Shown here in pieces: positions 59,393-64,000 of a DNA stretch of 64,000 bases. Under the pieces are notes generated by a model. It was not told the DNA's origin. It was given only the letters and a program-made list of their open reading frames with translations, and searched no databases. A program made the translations under genes and the position numbers. Positions within the stretch are counted from its first letter, which is position 1. Each line of letters starts with the position of its first letter. Source of the DNA: a virus (lineage: Duplodnaviria > Heunggongvirae > Uroviricota > Caudoviricetes); IMG/VR virus record IMGVR_UViG_3300031760_000006, positions 27,127-91,126 of that record. One strand, written 5' to 3'.

Positions 59393-59852
59393 CCTTTTCT
59401 ACTTTTGAGTTGTCAATTCTTTCAGCGGGAATAATAGTCAAAGCAAAATGCTCTGCAATTCTATCCCCAATCCAAGTTGCTGTATCATTTAAAAGTTCAA
59501 GCATCTTCTTATATTTCTGCATCATCTGGATGTGATACTTTGTCTCAATCTTATCTTTAACAAGCTGTTTACCAACTTCTTCAGTATAAGTATCTCTGTC
59601 ATCACATACCGCTTTACCCTTGATGTGTTTTCTTGCACGAGGATTATCAATGTCTCCGATTATCTTATTAAGTTCGTCAACAATTTCGGCAACTCTATCT
59701 GGGGCATAATCCTTTTCTGCGTTAATATTTTTAAGCCATTTCTTGTTGACTTTTCCTTCTACTTTTTTCTTCTTTTTGCTGATTTCAAAAACGATATCAT
59801 CAAAGCCCACTCTTGATGCAATTGGCTTTTTTCTGCCTGTGTCTTTTAACAT
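59370..59852 (-). CDS. Hypothetical protein
   Basis: 160-aa ORF overlapping the nrdD start. Confidence 0.6.
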   Translation of the reverse strand: MLKDTGRKKPIASRVGFDDIVFEISKKKKKVEGKVNKKWLKNINAEKDYAPDRVAEIVDELNKIIGDIDNPRARKHIKGKAVCDDRDTYTEEVGKQLVKDKIETKYHIQMMQKYKKMLELLNDTATWIGDRIAEHFALTIIPAERIDNSKVEKDEENASN

Positions 59853-59876
59853 AAATTTCTCCTTTTATGATTTAAT

Positions 59877-60122
59877 TTAATCTGTTTCATATGCTCCCAC
59901 TTTGCGAATCTCATCAATAAAATCTTTCTCCATGTATGGGTCATCGCAATAGTATTTAATGATATTTACATCATGAATTACACCAAGTATCCCTAGCCAT
60001 GATTTTGCATCTACATAATGATGTTTAGCTATCAGATTGATATTAATATCAGTATATTTAACACAAACATCATGAAATTCCTTTGCTTCGTCTACTGATT
60101 CAAATTTAATCTTCCACATCAC
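59877..60122 (-). CDS. HPr-like (PTS phosphocarrier fold) protein lacking the His15 motif
   Basis: YVDAKSWLGILGV matches the HPr Ser46 region (V-N/D-AKS-I-M/L-G); HPr-like length. Confidence 0.6.
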   Translation of the reverse strand: MMWKIKFESVDEAKEFHDVCVKYTDININLIAKHHYVDAKSWLGILGVIHDVNIIKYYCDDPYMEKDFIDEIRKVGAYETD

Positions 60123-60697
60123 TTTCTCCTTTCTTTATGCTGTTTTGCAGTGTCCCAGATTGCTTTTGCCAGTTTTTCAGGAGAATGTGTACCGTTATTA
60201 ACAATTTTGTAATCAACGAGATACTCAATGTCTTTAAAATCGATGTTGTCATTCTGGAGTCTAGTATTGAAATTCTCAGCATCCGTGTTGTCTCGGTTCT
60301 CATGCCACTTCTTAATGATTTCTTCTGGGCAATCAATATAGAAAGATACAACGTCTAAATTCGGGTGATTCTCTTTAATCTGTTTTAATCCAGCAGGATT
60401 TAAAATGATTACCGCATCAACCGATGGGTGATGTTCTTTGTAGTAATTTAAATAGCTGCCATAATACCACGGTTCACCAGAGACGTTGTAGGCAGTTGCT
60501 TCGGCAAACTGGTCGTGATATAACGCCTCACGAAATTCTTCATAAGACAAAAAGAAATAATCCTTACCGTGAATTTCACCCTTTCTTGGTGGTCTTGTTG
60601 TACAGGTAACCAGTGGAGCAACTGGATAGTTCTTTGTTAAAGCTTTTTTAATTGCTGTTTTGCCAGATGCTGTTTTTCCAACTAAAATAATAGTCAT
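60119..60697 (-). CDS. gmk: Guanylate kinase
   Basis: GKTASGKT P-loop; TTRPPRKGEIHGKDYFF. Confidence 0.9.
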   Translation of the reverse strand: MTIILVGKTASGKTAIKKALTKNYPVAPLVTCTTRPPRKGEIHGKDYFFLSYEEFREALYHDQFAEATAYNVSGEPWYYGSYLNYYKEHHPSVDAVIILNPAGLKQIKENHPNLDVVSFYIDCPEEIIKKWHENRDNTDAENFNTRLQNDNIDFKDIEYLVDYKIVNNGTHSPEKLAKAIWDTAKQHKERRK

Positions 60698-60711
60698 ATT
60701 TTTCTCCTTTT

Positions 60712-60951
60712 TTATTCTTTGCTTTTTTCTTTTTTAGGAATATCTTCAATGCTTTTAATTTCGGTTGTTATGGATGTAATCTCCATGTCTTCATCGTCTT
60801 CAAATAGTTCATGAACGTATTTGTCGAATTCTTTTTCCAACATTTCCGCATATTCATTGGGGTTAGGATTTTCAAGAATCCACACCTTGTCGATGTATTT
60901 ATTCTCGCAATCAAAATTGATATTAATAGTTGTATGAATCTCCGCTTTCAA
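60712..60951 (-). CDS. Hypothetical protein
   Basis: 79-aa ORF coupled to the upstream gene. Confidence 0.55.
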   Translation of the reverse strand: MKAEIHTTININFDCENKYIDKVWILENPNPNEYAEMLEKEFDKYVHELFEDDEDMEITSITTEIKSIEDIPKKEKSKE

Positions 60952-61631
60952 GCTTTCATCTCCTTCTGTGTTTTTGCTGTCATTTCTTTGTCCTCATACA
61001 TGATTAACTCTTCTGCATATGGCAATGTCTTGAGCCAGTTAATAAAATCAGTATTCCATTCGGAAAGTTTATGATTCCTACGGTCAAAGTACATGGTGCG
61101 AAGCACCTGATAGTTAAGGGTTACTGTTCTCATCTGAAGCCAAGATTCGGGCAGAAGCTGAATCAATGCTCTCCAGTAATTCTTGTCTTTGGTTTCATTG
61201 TATCTGACTCGCAGTTCTTCGCAGTTTTTGACAACATCGATGAAATAAGGAATTGCAAAATCATCTATCTCAAAGTTTTCTAATGTAATTGGTGTAGACG
61301 CAAGCTTGTGCATGGTTGAACAAGAGTTTGCCGTTGTGCCGACTTTATAAGTGTCGAATTCCTTAAAAAAATAGAGTGCAGCTGTAATATCTACAGTTAC
61401 AAAAATCTGACGAAGGAATTTGGAATGACTATTCCCACCTTTGATAGAAGACTTAATCAGATTCTGAAGTAGTTTCATATCATTTTTACCAATGGTAAAC
61501 ATTGGTTTAATAGTCCCATTGTCGTTAACGTATCCCCAACCAGAATCAGATTTACTCCATGACTCTAACGGATTTCTTGCTCCACGAATTGCACTTCTAA
61601 AATTCATTACTTCTGTGTTTTCAAATTTCAT
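60948..61631 (-). CDS. Divergent ThyX-like (flavin-dependent thymidylate synthase fold) protein
   Basis: SHSKFLR, EFDTYKVGTTANSCSTMH, LLPES..RTVTLNYQVLR..RRNHKLSEW follow ThyX block order but lack the RHR signature; sits in the nucleotide-metabolism block. Confidence 0.5.
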   Translation of the reverse strand: MKFENTEVMNFRSAIRGARNPLESWSKSDSGWGYVNDNGTIKPMFTIGKNDMKLLQNLIKSSIKGGNSHSKFLRQIFVTVDITAALYFFKEFDTYKVGTTANSCSTMHKLASTPITLENFEIDDFAIPYFIDVVKNCEELRVRYNETKDKNYWRALIQLLPESWLQMRTVTLNYQVLRTMYFDRRNHKLSEWNTDFINWLKTLPYAEELIMYEDKEMTAKTQKEMKA

Positions 61632-61834
61632 ATCGTTTCTCCTTTGTTTATAGGTTTACCAAACATACCGTTTGTTTCTTTAAATATCTTGTCTTCAGTT
61701 TTAGGTAATAGATTGCCATCTTCGGAAAAAGCATCACAATCATCTTGAGGATAAAAATTCTCCACTTGGAAATAACTGCACGAATTGCTCATATGTCCCG
61801 ATTTATAAAAATAACATTTAAAACACTTATTCAT
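61628..61834 (-). CDS. Small Cys-rich hypothetical protein
   Basis: CFKC..C..C pattern. Confidence 0.55.
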   Translation of the reverse strand: MNKCFKCYFYKSGHMSNSCSYFQVENFYPQDDCDAFSEDGNLLPKTEDKIFKETNGMFGKPINKGETI

Positions 61835-62052
61835 ATTTCATACATCTCAAATTCTTCCCCGGTGTTAACATCTACAACATAAGGATTGCCATCAATGTCA
61901 TACGGGCAATCACTGGCAACAATGTCAGCAGCTTCCTCGGGAGAATCAGCTTTTACTTTTTGACTGTAGATACACATATAAGACACGAAGTACTCATTCA
62001 TATTATTTTTCACTCCAATCAATTTTCTGCCCACATTTAGGGCAGTGTTCAA
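61831..62052 (-). CDS. Hypothetical protein (true start probably the internal MNEYF)
   Basis: Coupled ORF in the early cluster. Confidence 0.45.
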   Translation of the reverse strand: MNTALNVGRKLIGVKNNMNEYFVSYMCIYSQKVKADSPEEAADIVASDCPYDIDGNPYVVDVNTGEEFEMYEI

Positions 62053-62332
62053 AGTTATAAATCATGTATGTTCCGCAATTTGGACATAACGGGTCGTTGT
62101 TCCAATAGCTTGGGTCATGAGGACGTTTTGGTTTGAGTAATTCAAGTTCTTCAGTGCCATGTGCGTACATCTTGAGAGTTTTATTATTTTTCTTTTGAAT
62201 AATCTCAAAATAGCACGGCGTATTATCATAGTTGCCTGTTTCAAAATAAAGTTCGTAATCGCCCATTTTGATACTGACGTATTGGTCTTCTAAGAATTGG
62301 GATACTTGTTCATTTGTTAATTCAATCTTCAT
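62003..62332 (-). CDS. Zn-ribbon hypothetical protein
   Basis: CPNCG..CPKCGQKIDWSE. Confidence 0.65.
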   Translation of the reverse strand: MKIELTNEQVSQFLEDQYVSIKMGDYELYFETGNYDNTPCYFEIIQKKNNKTLKMYAHGTEELELLKPKRPHDPSYWNNDPLCPNCGTYMIYNFEHCPKCGQKIDWSEK

Positions 62333-62582
62333 TTTCTACCTCAACATATTCATCTGATAAATGTTGTCCACAACTGTTACACCACTCCATGTCCCAGACT
62401 TCTTCACCGCACTCAGGACAAATCGGAATATTTCCTACTAGTTTAAACTTCTTTGGGATTTGTTTTTCTAATGCTTCAATGGCTATTCGAAAAACTTCTT
62501 CACCTCTTGCATTAAGTCCACTCCACTCTCTGAATCCATCACGAATATTGTTCAATTCTTTAATAACTTCTTCAATCTTCAT
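62322..62582 (-). CDS. Zn-ribbon hypothetical protein
   Basis: EALEKQIPKK..CPECG..CNSCGQ. Confidence 0.65.
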   Translation of the reverse strand: MKIEEVIKELNNIRDGFREWSGLNARGEEVFRIAIEALEKQIPKKFKLVGNIPICPECGEEVWDMEWCNSCGQHLSDEYVEVENED

Positions 62583-63114
62583 TGGACTCCCCTTTCATCT
62601 TCTTCAGCATGTCTTCGACTTCATCGAAATGTCTGCCTGTCCAAGCAAGGTTTTCAACCTTTATCATTTTTACAACTGTTCCGTCCTCACACAGAATATC
62701 GGCTAACGTCTTATATTGCTTTGGTTGATATAACCTCAACACTATCGCTTTTTCTTTGTTTGGGTCATCTGCATAAACTACCTCATCCCCTACACGAATC
62801 TCATACTTCCGCTTTAGCCATGCTTCGTATGAGGCTTTGGCTGACTGGTAAGGAATATCAAGAAGAAGCATATTGGTAATAGTTTCCCAATCATCATCTG
62901 TGTAATTAAGAAGTCCTCTAGCAAACTTCCACACCTCATCTTCTATAGCTTCTTGGTCAGGCTCGGTATAAGGTTCTATATCTTCTTTGGATATTCGCAG
63001 TGCATAATGTTTACAGTCACCCACCTTATATTCTGGTTCCACAAACACACTAACATGGTCACGACCGCCCATAAAATCTATGGCTTTATCTGGTATATCA
63101 ATCACATATTTCAT
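62572..63114 (-). CDS. Hypothetical protein
   Basis: 180-aa ORF with overlapping starts and stops. Confidence 0.6.
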   Translation of the reverse strand: MKYVIDIPDKAIDFMGGRDHVSVFVEPEYKVGDCKHYALRISKEDIEPYTEPDQEAIEDEVWKFARGLLNYTDDDWETITNMLLLDIPYQSAKASYEAWLKRKYEIRVGDEVVYADDPNKEKAIVLRLYQPKQYKTLADILCEDGTVVKMIKVENLAWTGRHFDEVEDMLKKMKGESNED

Positions 63115-63359
63115 TCTTCTGTCTCTACCTTTCTTTTTAGTTCTATTACCTCTTCTTCCAGCACACTTATTCTATCTTGTAATGAATCATTTAATTTACA
63201 AGACAAGTTAGACCATTCTTGATTCATCTTGATACAATAGTTAGCCCATTCCTCATTTCTTTTTATACCTTCATCAAACCAATTTTTGTCTGCAATAAAC
63301 GATGATACAATCATTATTATGTTAAATACAACTAGTGATATTATTACTATATAAGTCAT
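63111..63359 (-). CDS. Small membrane-anchored coiled-coil protein
   Basis: N-terminal TM helix, C-terminal heptads. Confidence 0.55.
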   Translation of the reverse strand: MTYIVIISLVVFNIIMIVSSFIADKNWFDEGIKRNEEWANYCIKMNQEWSNLSCKLNDSLQDRISVLEEEVIELKRKVETEE

Positions 63360-63371
63360 TCTTTATTCCTC

Positions 63372-63725
63372 TTAAACATGGTATTCCAACAAATTTTCAA
63401 TGTCTTCCATCAAGCAACATCCGTCACATTCAGCTTCATCATAAAATATTGTTTCTCTTAATAGATTTAAAACATATACAGAATCGTTCTGTTTCATAAG
63501 AAGTTCATATGTTGCCCTAAGCAATACTCTTGCACGTTTCAACTCATTTAACCACTCCGCAAGTTGTCTGTGTTCTTCGGCACACTGCATACACTCTTCT
63601 GCTTTTTTTAGTGGATACAATGTATAATCGTCCCAAGTTTTTGATGTTGTTTCCCATTTTTTAGATTCAAGTATGTAACTCTTTGCCACATCTTCACAAT
63701 GTTTAATCGCTTCTTCTAATGTCAT
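63372..63725 (-). CDS. Hypothetical protein
   Basis: MTLEEAIKHC..CAEEHRQLAEWL.ELK. Confidence 0.6.
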   Translation of the reverse strand: MTLEEAIKHCEDVAKSYILESKKWETTSKTWDDYTLYPLKKAEECMQCAEEHRQLAEWLNELKRARVLLRATYELLMKQNDSVYVLNLLRETIFYDEAECDGCCLMEDIENLLEYHV

Positions 63726-64000
63726 CTTCTCTATCCCTTTCAGTATTTATTATCACTGCATCATTAATACACTCAACTGGGACTGCTTCTTCGCCATTTG
63801 GCATGGGATTGTCATAAGTAGCCTTTTCTCCGTACCACTCTGACTTGTCAAGCAATTCATTTGCATCAACTAGTTTCGCATCTTTTGGGATTTCTATAAG
63901 CGGACAAGCTGGATGGCGTTTATCATATGGGACATCACTTATATTAATCCAATAAATGTTACTAGCACAACAGAAAGCAACTAAATCAAAGTCTTGAATA
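63703..64000 (-). CDS. Partial hypothetical protein (5' end beyond the window)
   Basis: Frame open from the edge: IQDFDLVAFCCAS..RHPACPLIEIP..RRSD*. Confidence 0.5.
   Translation of the reverse strand, partial: IQDFDLVAFCCASNIYWINISDVPYDKRHPACPLIEIPKDAKLVDANELLDKSEWYGEKATYDNPMPNGEEAVPVECINDAVIINTERDREDDIRRSD

Noticed and set aside
1-64000. Stop-codon reassignment
   Set aside because: Standard-code ORFs tile both arms densely, and TAG, TAA and TGA all end genes at sensible boundaries.

Overview
The whole window is phage DNA, with no host junction visible. It looks like a large, temperate, long-tailed (siphovirus-like) phage of an anaerobic Firmicute; a Lachnospiraceae/Clostridia-type host is an inference from the integrase, HPr-like gene and class III RNR. 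Two convergent arms meet at an intact attP-like site (~49960-50165). The + arm (1-49641) is the late region: a 5'-truncated >3200-aa tape measure protein, Dit, tail/baseplate proteins, several very large mosaic fibre/adhesin genes, and two free-standing Vsr/EDxHD-like endonuclease genes. It continues with an unexplained N/Q/G/Y-rich gene cassette (37115-40526), the lysis genes, a second cluster of fibre-like genes and a GH114 glycosidase. The - arm (50164-64000) carries a tyrosine integrase, small early genes and a nucleotide-metabolism block: a dUTPase split by a group I intron encoding a LAGLIDADG endonuclease, nrdG, nrdD, guanylate kinase and a ThyX-like gene. Best leads: the low-complexity cassette with its own Cys-His-Asp enzyme, the dUTPase intron, mirror-image G/T versus C/A synonymous-site patches, and a ~420-490 aa module inserted in two different fibre genes. 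All family assignments are from motif recognition by eye; no searches were run.
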